The notes under the pieces: model-generated
Told to the model about the DNA's origin: nothing
Database searches by the model: none
What the model saw: only the letters and a program-made list of their open reading frames with translations
In this document: piece after piece, positions 1 to 10,212 of the stretch
Layout of the letters: each line of letters opens with the position of its first letter
How positions within the stretch are numbered: position 1 is the first letter of the stretch
Source: Spirochaetia bacterium
GTDB lineage: Bacteria; Spirochaetota; Spirochaetia; SP-2023
Assembly: GCA_965225855.1 (NCBI GenBank)
Contig: CBDDCK010000005.1
Coordinates: 128,001 to 192,000 of the forward strand
Length of the DNA: 64,000 bases
Reading direction: 5' to 3'
Position numbers and translations under genes: made by a program

Positions 1-965
1 CGCTTAGTAACTCTAAGCATTTGTGGTATATATCAAGGTTATATTTAGGGTCTTTTGTTATATTTGCAAGTCCCTTTTCTATATTTTCTATCATTTTATC
101 TATAGGCTTTTTATCATTTGCTTTTGTATTTTCTGGCTTTTGAACATAGTGGACTTTATACAATATCTGTGGGGGAATTTCTTTTTTTATGCTTTTTTTA
201 CTTTGTAAGACTGAAGAAACCTCATTGTTTTCTAGGCTATTGTCTCCACTCTGTTTGAATGTGGCAGGTTGAAAATTAGATATTCCCTGCGTTTGTTCGC
301 TATATCCCACATGCCCTGGCCCCTTGTAAGCCAAGTCTTTTGTTTGAAAGAGCAAGGCAATACCTTGGGCATTATCGCCGTACATACTCCATATGGGCAA
401 ACGGTCTAAGGCTTCGGGTGTTTGGCCACCACAAAAGCTGGCCACCATTACATAGGGTATATCGGCACTGTCTTCTATTTGTTCGGGCGCAATGCCTAAG
501 TGGTCCAATAGCACCATTCCTTCGGTGGGGTCGTTGGCATAGGCAATATGGTACATGCGCAATTTGCCTAGCTCCGGTTCTGTGTCGTTGTGTATCGGCA
601 CAAGAAACTTAGTAAATACCGATAGTTTGGTTGTATGGGAAAGGTAGTTTACACTGTCTTTAGATTTGTCTTGTGCCTTATCTTTAGAGTCTTTGCTTAC
701 CTTTAATTCGTCTAATATTTGGTGAACACTTTCAAAGATAGCAAAGATATTTTGGGCAATACTATCTTCATTAAATATTTTTTCTTTATATGTTGCTATA
801 TCTTCACTAGATATGCCGTACCGTAAAGCCATATTGAGATCATTGATACTATTTAAGTAGTCTTGATTTCTAAGGTAAAGAACCGCTCTATTTAAGTAGT
901 TTAGTCCATAATAAGGGTCTAGTTCTATTACCTTTGTATAATCATCTAGGGTTTGTTTTAAGTTT
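1..965 (-). pseudogene. 3' part of the frameshifted TPR gene: further TPR-like unit(s) plus a DUF2971-like domain; runs off the window edge
   Basis: Manual translation gives an open frame NLKQTLDDYTKVIELDPYYGLNYLNRAVLY...LSHTTKL...LRMYHIAYANDPTEG...VASFC...DRLPIWSMYGDNAQGIALLF. The NDPxEG and DxLPxWSxYGD motifs are DUF2971-like. The frame is offset by one base from 966..2078. Confidence 0.7.
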
Positions 966-2078
966 TTATTGTATGGCATAAACAGAACCCCTGCCAGCAT
1001 ATGCTTTTGCTTTGATTTTATTATCCGTAGCTAGCTCAATCGCTTGGGTAAAGTCCGCTATGGCCGTCTCGTATTTTCTTTGTCTTTCGTAAGCAGTTCC
1101 TTTATCAATATATGCCATTGCTTTAAGGTTATCATCTACAGCTAGCCCAATGGCTTTTTCAAATTCCGCTATCGCTTCTTCATACTGTTTTTGCTGTCTA
1201 TAAGCAAGGCCTCTGTTATAATACGCAACTGCTTTGTTGTTATCATTTGTATCTAGCGCAATAACTTGCGTATATTCTGCTATGGCTTCTGCGTATTTTT
1301 TTTGTTCTAAGTACGCAATTCCTATGTTGCCATACGCAACTGCTTTGCCGTTGTTATCCGTAAATAGCTCAATGGCCTCTGTAAAATCCGCTATCGCTAG
1401 CTCGTATTCTCTTTGTTCTCCGTACGCATTGCCTCTGTTGATATACGCAATTGCTTTGCCGTTGTTATCCGTGAATAACTCAATCGCCTCTGTAAAATCG
1501 GCTATCGCTAGCTGGTATTCTTTTTGTTTTAAGTACGCAACGCCCCTACTTCCATACGCCTTTGCTTTGTCGTTGTTATCCGTATATCGCTCAATAGCTT
1601 GGGTAAAATTATCTATCGCTTGTTCGTATTCTCCTTGTTCTTCGTAATAAAAGCCTCTAACAAGATACTCCCCCGCTTTTTGTTCATTGTGTTTTGCTAA
1701 CTCAATGTTTTTTGTAGAATCCGCTTTTGCTTCTGCGTACTTTCCTTGTTTTTCGTAAGTAAATTTTCTGCAAACATATGCAAATGCTTTCGTACTATTA
1801 TCGGTAGCTAGCTCAATGGCCTTTGTGTGATTCGCTATCGCTTGTTCGTATTTTCTTTGTTCTTCATAAATAATGCCTATATTGGTATACGCCTGTGCTT
1901 TGTCGTTGTTATCCGTAAATAACTTAATGGCTTGGGTAAAATCCTCTATCGCTGGCTTGTATTCCTTTCGTTCCCTGTAAGCATTGCCTCTGTCGTTATA
2001 CGCCTCCCCCCTCTGTTCATTGGTAGAATTGGGGTTTTCAATAATCTGTGTGTATTGTTCTATTTCACGGTCGTTCAT
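966..2078 (-). CDS. Tetratricopeptide repeat protein (about 9 repeats of ~37 aa), truncated by a frameshift/stop at 968
   Basis: Repeated AYxNRGxAY...YEQAIADFTQAIEL motif; start overlaps the Mod stop (ATGA at 2075-2078). Confidence 0.85.
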   Translation of the reverse strand: MNDREIEQYTQIIENPNSTNEQRGEAYNDRGNAYRERKEYKPAIEDFTQAIKLFTDNNDKAQAYTNIGIIYEEQRKYEQAIANHTKAIELATDNSTKAFAYVCRKFTYEKQGKYAEAKADSTKNIELAKHNEQKAGEYLVRGFYYEEQGEYEQAIDNFTQAIERYTDNNDKAKAYGSRGVAYLKQKEYQLAIADFTEAIELFTDNNGKAIAYINRGNAYGEQREYELAIADFTEAIELFTDNNGKAVAYGNIGIAYLEQKKYAEAIAEYTQVIALDTNDNNKAVAYYNRGLAYRQQKQYEEAIAEFEKAIGLAVDDNLKAMAYIDKGTAYERQRKYETAIADFTQAIELATDNKIKAKAYAGRGSVYAIQ

Positions 2079-3973
2079 GCCTTATCTCCCTTGTAAAAAC
2101 TCTCGCTTAGGTTAATTTCTTTGTCTGTGCAATGAAAGCGGGTGTCCTTGCGTTCACTGTAGGGCACATATAATTGGTTTAGTTCCAAAAAGTCAATAAG
2201 CGCTTGCCTTTGATTTTCTAGGCTTAGGGCGGAAAAATCTTTTGCGCTCTGCCGTACCTCTTGGGTGTTTAGGCGGTAGTCTAAATCGGGGTTTTGTAGT
2301 AACTCTTGCTGTATTTGGGCAAGCTGCGCTTGGGTGCTGGCCTCGGTAATACGCTCTATAAAAGTTTGGTTGTGCGCTTTCAGCTCTAAATAGACAAAGC
2401 TGCCACCGCCTTGCCAAGCTACATTTTTGCTTATGCCGCCCTGTTCGCCGGCAATTACTTTGGTTAAGCGCTCTACCGCAATAGTTTGTATATAGTCCAT
2501 TTGTTCTATGCCGATATATTGCCTAGCCATTTTGTGGGCCACCGCCGCAGTCGTGCCACTGCCCAAACAAAAGTCCAAAACTAGGTCGCCGGGCTGGGTG
2601 GCGATCTCGATAATCCTTTGTAACAGCCCTTCCGGCTTGGGATAGGCAAAAGCACTATTAGAGCCAAAAATAAGTTCTATTTCTTTACTGCCTTGTTCAT
2701 TTGTTGCAACATCAATTAAAAGAGTATTAGGTATTTGCCCTTCATTATCTTTCAAAAAAACTTTTGCTCTTGGCATTCCTTCCCCGCCTCTAGGGATAAC
2801 GACTAAATTATCTTTTAAGTATTGATCATAAGTCTTTTGGGAAACTCTCCATCTTGCTTTAATTTTTCTGCCGTTTCTTAAATCTAATTCAAACTCTTTG
2901 TTAGGTGAGTTATCTGGTGAAGCAAGAGGTTTTGTCATCCATAAACCACGGGAATCATTATCAGGATTCTTATACATTTCTTTCACATACTCTTGTCGCA
3001 AAGGTATTCTATTTATTGATAAACTATTTTTACTCTTCGCAAATCCTAAAATATATTCATGTATAGGAGCAATCCACTTAGTTAGATTTGCTTGGGTTTT
3101 TCTTCTTTTATAAACTAAACTAGCAACAAAATTCTCCCGTCCAAAGACTTCGTCCATCAGCACCTTTAAATAAGCTTGTTCGTTGTCATCACACTGCACA
3201 AAAAGCACGCCATCGTCTCGCAGCAGCTCGCGCGCTATTTCCAGACGGTTTTTGATAAAGACTAGCCAAGTGCTGTGATTAAAGTTATCGTTGTACAAAA
3301 AGCTATCGTTGCCGGTGTTATACGGCGGGTCGATGTAGATCAGCTGTACTTTTTTGGCAAATTGTTCGTTGATGCTGTGCAACGCAATGAGGTTGTTGCC
3401 CTTGATAATCAAATTGTCGCTAATGGTGTTATCGCTTTTATTGCGTGTAAATTCCCTACATTCGCTTGGGCCCTCCTTAGTATAGCGGCGGGCATTGGTA
3501 AGCACCTTCGGCTCCAGCAAGCGGTCAAGTTCCTCTATCGCCAGTATGCGGTGGTAGTAGCGTTCGCTGCGTTTGGCATCGTCTTTGCATTGACCGCCCT
3601 CCAGTACACAGTCCTTAAACGGAAAGGCCAGTACAATATCCTTGTTTTTCTTTAGATAGTCGCGGTCGTCATGCAAGCCAATTTTGTTACGATAGGCGGT
3701 GTAGCTATTGGCCACAAAGCGTTTGTGCTGTATGTAGTCGATAAAATGGTCGCGCACAAATACCGTAACCCCGCCCTGTTCCAAGAAAAACGCCTTGCGC
3801 GCAGCCGTATCGGCAAACAACAATTCTAGCAAAGAACGGTCGCACTGCTGGGCTAGCTTATACAATAAAGCCGTGTTTAGCTCGCCCTCTTGGTCTAAAT
3901 AGTGGGGCTGGGCTTGTAGCAAAGCTTTTAAGGATTCTAGGCTTAGGGCTGGGGTCTTCATAGTTTCTCCCAT
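2075..3973 (-). CDS. mod: Type III restriction-modification methyltransferase (Mod), beta-class N6-adenine MTase
   Basis: NLIIKGNNL, IYIDPPYNTG, YPKPEGLL, DFCLGSGTTAAVAHKM, YIGIEQMDY and VIAGEQGGISK motifs in type III Mod order. Confidence 0.9.
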   Translation of the reverse strand: MGETMKTPALSLESLKALLQAQPHYLDQEGELNTALLYKLAQQCDRSLLELLFADTAARKAFFLEQGGVTVFVRDHFIDYIQHKRFVANSYTAYRNKIGLHDDRDYLKKNKDIVLAFPFKDCVLEGGQCKDDAKRSERYYHRILAIEELDRLLEPKVLTNARRYTKEGPSECREFTRNKSDNTISDNLIIKGNNLIALHSINEQFAKKVQLIYIDPPYNTGNDSFLYNDNFNHSTWLVFIKNRLEIARELLRDDGVLFVQCDDNEQAYLKVLMDEVFGRENFVASLVYKRRKTQANLTKWIAPIHEYILGFAKSKNSLSINRIPLRQEYVKEMYKNPDNDSRGLWMTKPLASPDNSPNKEFELDLRNGRKIKARWRVSQKTYDQYLKDNLVVIPRGGEGMPRAKVFLKDNEGQIPNTLLIDVATNEQGSKEIELIFGSNSAFAYPKPEGLLQRIIEIATQPGDLVLDFCLGSGTTAAVAHKMARQYIGIEQMDYIQTIAVERLTKVIAGEQGGISKNVAWQGGGSFVYLELKAHNQTFIERITEASTQAQLAQIQQELLQNPDLDYRLNTQEVRQSAKDFSALSLENQRQALIDFLELNQLYVPYSERKDTRFHCTDKEINLSESFYKGDKA

Positions 3974-4018
3974 TTGTTTATACTGTATAACTATAATTTA
4001 TTTGCCTACAGTGGCCAA

Positions 4019-4150
4019 GCTCTCCCCGTATTTAAGGCGGGCTCTTCCCGTATTTGTCTAAAGCTCTTCCCGTATTTAAGGCGGGCTCTTCCCGTATTTG
4101 TCTAAAGCTCTTCCCGTATTTAGGGCGGGCGCTTCCCGTATTTAGCCGGG
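4019..4150. repeat. Six tandem 22-bp units: GCTCTTCCCGTATTT plus a 7-nt alternating segment
   Basis: Units start at 4019, 4041, 4063, 4085, 4107 and 4129; the 7-nt segment alternates between AAGGCGG-type and GTCTAAA. Confidence 0.95.
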
Positions 4151-4246
4151 GCGCTTTTGGGGGATATATTTTAATTGATTTACCAAAATTTTACTATATC
4201 TAAGCTATAAATAAACCGAAATTGACTAGAATAGCAACTAAACACT

Positions 4247-4816
4247 ATGCATATACAACCAATACCTTGCTTGCAAAAATGGCTTTTGCCCTTGCTAATA
4301 CTAGCAATAACTCATGTGGGAATTTTGGCGCAGAATGAGCAAACCAAGAAACGCACCCCGACCCATAACAAAATGGCTAGTGCCTTTGACATTAGCTATG
4401 ACTTGCGAGGCTGTGAAGCCAGCTTTGAAATCATTTGGCAATACTACCAAAACTTAGCGGCCCAAAAAGGACTAGAAGGCAAAGGCCATGGTAAAACCTT
4501 TTCCGACTTTCAGATGTTGCAAACGGGCAAAGGCCTGGGGCGGTTTGCCTCACGGCAAGTAATACCCAACCGAATGCGTTTTGAACGCAATCTTGGTGCC
4601 AGCAAACAAACCTTTGCCATACTGCTTTGGCGCAAACGAGGCCGAGATAGAGCCTTTGTTTTCACCGTACAACGAAGCCTTGACCCCTATGGTAAAAACT
4701 ACTACCCCTTTACTATCTATGAAAGCTTTGCCTTCCCTTGGCCTCTTTGGAATAAACAAAACCCCAAAATTCGCTGTGATCAAGCGCTATTATGGCAAAG
4801 CATTCCCAAGCCATAG
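4247..4816 (+). CDS. Hypothetical exported protein
   Basis: 189-aa ORF with an N-terminal hydrophobic signal-like segment; no recognised domain. Confidence 0.55.
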   Translation: MHIQPIPCLQKWLLPLLILAITHVGILAQNEQTKKRTPTHNKMASAFDISYDLRGCEASFEIIWQYYQNLAAQKGLEGKGHGKTFSDFQMLQTGKGLGRFASRQVIPNRMRFERNLGASKQTFAILLWRKRGRDRAFVFTVQRSLDPYGKNYYPFTIYESFAFPWPLWNKQNPKIRCDQALLWQSIPKP

Positions 4817-5571
4817 GCTCTAAGCTTTCAAAAGGGTTTCCAAACACAAGACTTGGCCCTGCTTGAATTTATTTCTTTACAAACCCCCAAATTTGCATTT
4901 CGTCTGTACAGCCAAAATGCCGAACAACCCCAAACAACTGGGGTAGAAACACAAAATAACAACACGCCACTGCAAGCAGAAACCACCGTTTTACTCAATA
5001 TCGGCAGTGCCCAACAACTTTGCCAATGGCAAAACAATCTATGGGGAAAATGCCTTAGCCCATGGCCTATAGCCAGACAATAAAAATTAGATTGTCCTTG
5101 CAGCCTTTGAAAATGCCTATTGCGTCAATATTTTAGCCGAACAAAAACAAAATATACAAATTTCTGCCATGGTTATCTTTTGCTTAGAACCAGTGGCCCA
5201 GTGTTCCAGTGGCCCTAGCGAATGCCGATGAAGACTTTGATTCTACAGCTCTACAGTACTTGCGCAGATTGCGCCGCCAATGCATATCAGCGGCTTAGGG
5301 CTTAAAAATAAAGCTAGGCCAATTATAGGATAAAAATTAAATTATAACGAATATATGCCGAAAATTACGGTGTTCATCGTTTTATTACCCAATCTGTTTT
5401 GATAGAAACAATAGATTGCGTAAAGAATAGACTGGTTTATGCTATGCCTAGTAGCTTGTTATTCTCTATGAAAACTTTATAAAAATAACAATTTTAAAAT
5501 TTTCACAGAATACACAAACATTGTTATTTATTGCTTGTATGTTTTTATGTATAACTATTGAGGAGGCTATT

Positions 5572-5787
5572 ATGGCAAAAGAAGAAGCAATATCACTAGA
5601 AGGGATTGTAACCGAATCTCTTCCCAATACTACCTTTCGGGTAAAATTGGATAATGGTCATATGATTATGGCATATCTTTCGGGTAAGATGAAAAAATAT
5701 TATATCCGCATTGTTCCGGGGGACAAAGTTACAGTAGAACTATCTCCTTATGATTTAACCAAAGGCCGTATTGTCTACCGAGGTTAA
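5572..5787 (+). CDS. infA: Translation initiation factor IF-1
   Basis: [30 protein letters not shown]...[31 protein letters not shown] upstream. Confidence 0.98.
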   Translation: MAKEEAISLEGIVTESLPNTTFRVKLDNGHMIMAYLSGKMKKYYIRIVPGDKVTVELSPYDLTKGRIVYRG

Positions 5788-6086
5788 TTTTTTTTGTGAT
5801 AAAAATACTTGCCAATGATAGTGAAACTTTCTGTTGGGCATTTGTACTCCTCAATAGATTATTGAATTCAATTGAAATTGGATTGTGCTGAAATTCCAAA
5901 TTTTTTATTCATTGCCTACAATTTAGCAATGTCTCTTGTATTGTCTTTGGGATACCTATATGATGTGGCCCTGTTATTTTATTCATTGTCGCGATGCTCA
6001 TTGTGTTCAAATCAATCTACAGTATCTTGTGTTATTTTTAGTGTTTGCAGTATGATTTGCTAAATCGCAAGGAAGGCGTAACATTT

Positions 6087-7139
6087 ATGAAACAATCTCC
6101 ACAGTGTTTGTATTTTAATTTGATACTATGGCTTTTAGGCTTATTCTTGCCGTTTTTAGCATTTTTAACATTGTCTTCTTGTGCTTCAATTAAGCGCAAT
6201 GCCCTCAATTCAGTTGGGAAAATGTTTACTGCAAGCGATGGCAATGGCAATTCGTTCACTCGTGATGCAGACCCTATTTTGGTGGAAGATGCTTTGCCCA
6301 CGATGCTGAAGATGATTGAATTGATGCGTGATGCCGTCCCCGATAGCCCTGACTTAAACTTTGGTGCGGGCCAAATTGCTGTGATGTATGCTGGAGGCTT
6401 CCTACAACCGAAGATAGAGCAGATGAGCTCTTTTACGGAAAAAAAGAAATTGCAAATTCGCACTAAGGCGATGTATCTTCGAGGGCGTGATAGTATTCTG
6501 GAAGGTTTGCGCCAGCGTTACAAACGCAAGGGCTTTGACGAAAAGTTAAAAAATCAAAACCTTGATGACTTGATGGCTTTAATGACGGAAAACGATATTG
6601 CGTTTCTCTATTGGTGTGGCTTATCTTGGTTGGGTGCGTTTGCTTTGGACCCATTTGATTTTGAGCTATTGACTACTGTATCGCGCCCAATTTTGTTCCT
6701 TTGGCGGGCAATGCAAATTGACCCTGAATACGCTGCAGGTAGCTTACATACTTCAATGGTTACGGTAATGGGCTCGCTGCCCAGTTCTCAAGTTGCCGAG
6801 GCTATGAGCCATAGCGTAAATATGATAAAGCCTTTTTTTGAAGAATATTATCGCAGCCGAGGAATAGATGTGAGGGACAAGCGTTTGGTTGTTGAGCATC
6901 ATTTTAGTGAAAGCTTGCGCCTTTCTAATGGGCAAGACCCTAGCCTTTATGTAGCTATGGCCAATTGGGTTAAAGGCAACCAGAAAAAGCCAGATATGGA
7001 TAAAGGCCTTTTTAAAGAATATTTGGAAAAAGCCTTAGCTATCAATGCCGAGGAAAATATATCGAACCGTTTGTTGATTCTTATTTATCAACAGCAAGCA
7101 CAATATCTATTAGAAAAAATAGATGAATATTTCCTCTAG
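6087..7139 (+). CDS. TRAP/TPAT transporter T-component lipoprotein (TatT family)
   Basis: Lipobox LSSC; DADPILVEDALP, YLRGRD and FLYWCGLSWLGA motifs; directly upstream of DctP and DctQM genes. Confidence 0.85.
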   Translation: MKQSPQCLYFNLILWLLGLFLPFLAFLTLSSCASIKRNALNSVGKMFTASDGNGNSFTRDADPILVEDALPTMLKMIELMRDAVPDSPDLNFGAGQIAVMYAGGFLQPKIEQMSSFTEKKKLQIRTKAMYLRGRDSILEGLRQRYKRKGFDEKLKNQNLDDLMALMTENDIAFLYWCGLSWLGAFALDPFDFELLTTVSRPILFLWRAMQIDPEYAAGSLHTSMVTVMGSLPSSQVAEAMSHSVNMIKPFFEEYYRSRGIDVRDKRLVVEHHFSESLRLSNGQDPSLYVAMANWVKGNQKKPDMDKGLFKEYLEKALAINAEENISNRLLILIYQQQAQYLLEKIDEYFL

Positions 7140-7149
7140 GAGAATTTTT

Positions 7150-8160
7150 ATGTTATTTAAGTATATTGGTTTTCATTTGTGTTTACCTTTCGCATTTGGG
7201 TTGGCTTTTGCTTCGGTTTCTCTACAAGCGCAAACTATTTTAAAATTGGCGACTATTACCCCAGATAATACCCCTTGGAACAATACTTTGTATGCTGGGG
7301 TTGAACAGATTGAGAAACTTACTAATGGGCGCGTGCGGATAAAAATTTTTGGCAATGGCTTAGCCGGTGAGGAACGCGAAGTTTTACGAAAAATACGTTT
7401 GGGCTCGGTCGATGCGGGGGTTTTTACGGCACTTTCGTTGAAGTCTGTCGTGCCAGAAACGTTGGTGTTGAGCTTGCCATATTTTGTCAGAAATCAAAAA
7501 GATTTATATAAAATGTTAGCGGAATTGACACCTGATTTTAATCAATCTTTTGCCAAAAATGGTTATGAAGCTTTAGGTTGGGTTTTCTCTGGCTGGATTT
7601 ATATGTTTTATAAAGATGATATTCGCAATCCCAATCAGGTTGGCAAAGTTCGGTTGGGAGTCAATCCAGCCGAACCAGAATTACAAGCAGCTTGGCAAGC
7701 TTTGGGTTTTCGCATGAATACGGTTTCTTTTTCTGATACTTTTATTTCATTGCAGAATGGTCTTTTAACGGGATTTTATGCTACTCCTGTTGGAGCGTTA
7801 GCCTACCAGTGGTTTACTTTTACCCCCCATATGCTCAAATCCAGAGTGGCCCCATTGCTTGGCAATATTTTAGTTTCGAGTAAAAGTTGGCGTAGAATCA
7901 ATCCAAACGATCAAAAAATCATTCGCTCAGAAATGGGCAAAATGATTAAAAATTTTTCCAATGTAGCTGTAGCACAAGATATGAAGGCTTTAGCTGTGAT
8001 GAAGAAAAATGGTTTAAAAGTCCATACCCCAAATGCAAAAGAAGAGCAAGCTTGGAATGATACTTTTCGGGACAAAGGACACCCGCAAGTGATTGGGCAG
8101 AGTAATGCTATTTCTAATGAATTATATGAGCGTGCCAAACAGATTATTCAAATGCGCTAG
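7150..8160 (+). CDS. dctP: TRAP transporter substrate-binding protein (DctP/TatP)
   Basis: LKLATITPDNTPW, TNGRVRIKIF, GEEREVLRKIRLG; signal peptide. Confidence 0.92.
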   Translation: MLFKYIGFHLCLPFAFGLAFASVSLQAQTILKLATITPDNTPWNNTLYAGVEQIEKLTNGRVRIKIFGNGLAGEEREVLRKIRLGSVDAGVFTALSLKSVVPETLVLSLPYFVRNQKDLYKMLAELTPDFNQSFAKNGYEALGWVFSGWIYMFYKDDIRNPNQVGKVRLGVNPAEPELQAAWQALGFRMNTVSFSDTFISLQNGLLTGFYATPVGALAYQWFTFTPHMLKSRVAPLLGNILVSSKSWRRINPNDQKIIRSEMGKMIKNFSNVAVAQDMKALAVMKKNGLKVHTPNAKEEQAWNDTFRDKGHPQVIGQSNAISNELYERAKQIIQMR

Positions 8161-8208
8161 GTAACTCTTTTTAGAGCATATTGTCTTCTAATATAAGGAG
8201 GGAGTTTC

Positions 8209-10203
8209 ATGGCAGTTGGGCCTTTGCTCAAGTTATTCTCTAACAGGATAAAGCTATTTGAACCAATCTTTAGTAAGGTGCGCTTTGCAGCTAAATTATT
8301 CTTCAAATGGATACGGCGATTTGAAGATTTAGTGAATATTTTTGTTGTTAGCTTATTATTTTTTTTACCGTTATTAGAAATTGTTTTGAGGAATTTTTTG
8401 CGAATGCCTGGTTTATATGGTTCAGAGCAGTATTCTGGGCATTTATTATTTATTTTGGCATTGAGTGCAGGGCTTTTTACCCAACGGCAGCAAATGCATT
8501 TGAGTTTATCTATCATCAATACTCATCTGCCGCTCTTTTGCCAAAAAGTGTTGAGTTGTATTAAATTATTTTGGGCTGCCGTAATATTATTGATGATCGG
8601 AATTTCATCTTGGGTTTTTTTGCAGAGTTTCAATTCTGCTGAATTGGTAGGCCTAATTCCTCTGCGATTTGTTTTGTATATTTTTCCTATATCTATAGGT
8701 TTATGGATATTGCGCCTCATGTTGCGCAATCCGCGTATTGCTTCAGAAGAATCTACATTGCCTTTATGGTTACAGGTTATCTTGGTATTGGCAGGTTTGG
8801 CCTTAGCTTGGTATTTATCCCAAATTTCGATCCTGCATTATTACATGAATGATCTTGAATTGCCGTTTGCAGAGCAAGAAAAACTATTTGAAAAAGAAGA
8901 TGCTTGGTTTTACTATTTTGGCAGAATTGGGCCATGGTTTATTGGTTTTACTTTGTTACTTTTTCTATTTGGCTTCCCTATATTTCTAACTTTGGCCGGA
9001 GTTAGTTATATGTTATTTAATCTGAATTTTAGCCCAGTTGAATTGATACCCAATGCCTTTTACACATTATTTACCGGAGAAGGCAATTTAAATTCTTTGC
9101 CATTGTTTGCGCTTGCAGGCTTTGTTTTGTCTGAAGGCAAATCGAGTAAGCGTTTGGTTGATTTTTTTCAACATTTATGTCGCAATATTCCGGGTGGTAT
9201 TGGTATTGTGGTGATTGTAACTAGTACTTTTTTTACAGTAGTAACAGGTGCTTCGGGCGTAACTATTTTAGCCTTAGGTGGTTTGCTTTACGATATTATG
9301 AGAAAAGCCGGCTATAACATTAGTTTTTCTATCGGTCTTCTTACTACATGTGGTAGTATCGGGTTACTCTTTCCGCCGAGCTTGCCCATTATTATTTATG
9401 GCACCAAAGTTGGGGTTAGTATCAAAGACTTGTTTTTGGCTGGAATATTGCCTGGAATTTTAATTACGGTGGTTCTTTGCTTGTTAGTTGTTTGGCACAT
9501 ACACAGTAAGTCCACTCAACCCGTTATCAATGATCCGAGCCTAAAGGCATTGCTGCGCAAAGCTTGGCTAGCTGCCGGCGAGTTATTATTGCCGGGATTT
9601 ATCTTTTTGGCCTATTTTTATTTTAAAGTTACGGCTCGCGAGATCAGTGCTTTAACGGTATGCTACGCTTTGGCTTTAAATTTGCTGATCCATCGAGACT
9701 TTGGTATACGAAATTTATTGCCGATTTTTCGGAGTTTGGCTGTAACTATGGGTGGTATTTTGTTAGTTGTTGGTTTTGCTCGTTCTTATTCAGACCATTT
9801 TGTGTTCTTTAATTTTCATGGTTTGCTACAAGACTATATGGAACAGCATGTATCTAGTTCTTATGCTTTTCTATTTATTGTCAACATTATTTTGTTGTTA
9901 GCTGGTTGCTTTCTGGATATTTTTTCTGCGATATATATTGTTGCCCCGTTGATCAGTTCCTTGAGCCAAGTTTTTATGGTGCCAGCAGAGCAGTTAGGGA
10001 TAATCTTTCTCTCGAACTTAGAATTGGGTTATATTACCCCTCCCGTTGGTTTATCGTTATTTTTGGCATCTTACCGTTTTAAAGTGCCGTTGCTGAAAAT
10101 TTATCAATATGTTGTACCATTCTTTTTAATTTCTTTAGTTTTGGTGTTGTCGGTAACCTATATACCATGGTTATCGACTTGGTTGCCTAGCTTATTTCCC
10201 TAA
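8209..10203 (+). CDS. dctM: Fused TRAP permease DctQ-DctM
   Basis: Many TM segments; LPLFALAG, GASGVTILALGG, GSIGLLFPPSLP and ELGYITPPVGLSLF motifs. Confidence 0.92.
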   Translation: MAVGPLLKLFSNRIKLFEPIFSKVRFAAKLFFKWIRRFEDLVNIFVVSLLFFLPLLEIVLRNFLRMPGLYGSEQYSGHLLFILALSAGLFTQRQQMHLSLSIINTHLPLFCQKVLSCIKLFWAAVILLMIGISSWVFLQSFNSAELVGLIPLRFVLYIFPISIGLWILRLMLRNPRIASEESTLPLWLQVILVLAGLALAWYLSQISILHYYMNDLELPFAEQEKLFEKEDAWFYYFGRIGPWFIGFTLLLFLFGFPIFLTLAGVSYMLFNLNFSPVELIPNAFYTLFTGEGNLNSLPLFALAGFVLSEGKSSKRLVDFFQHLCRNIPGGIGIVVIVTSTFFTVVTGASGVTILALGGLLYDIMRKAGYNISFSIGLLTTCGSIGLLFPPSLPIIIYGTKVGVSIKDLFLAGILPGILITVVLCLLVVWHIHSKSTQPVINDPSLKALLRKAWLAAGELLLPGFIFLAYFYFKVTAREISALTVCYALALNLLIHRDFGIRNLLPIFRSLAVTMGGILLVVGFARSYSDHFVFFNFHGLLQDYMEQHVSSSYAFLFIVNIILLLAGCFLDIFSAIYIVAPLISSLSQVFMVPAEQLGIIFLSNLELGYITPPVGLSLFLASYRFKVPLLKIYQYVVPFFLISLVLVLSVTYIPWLSTWLPSLFP

Positions 10204-10212
10204 AGGTTTGTT

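Noticed and set aside
4853..5310. Possible degraded gene after the hypothetical exported protein
   Set aside because: Coding-like stretches in several frames, but no family I can recognise.
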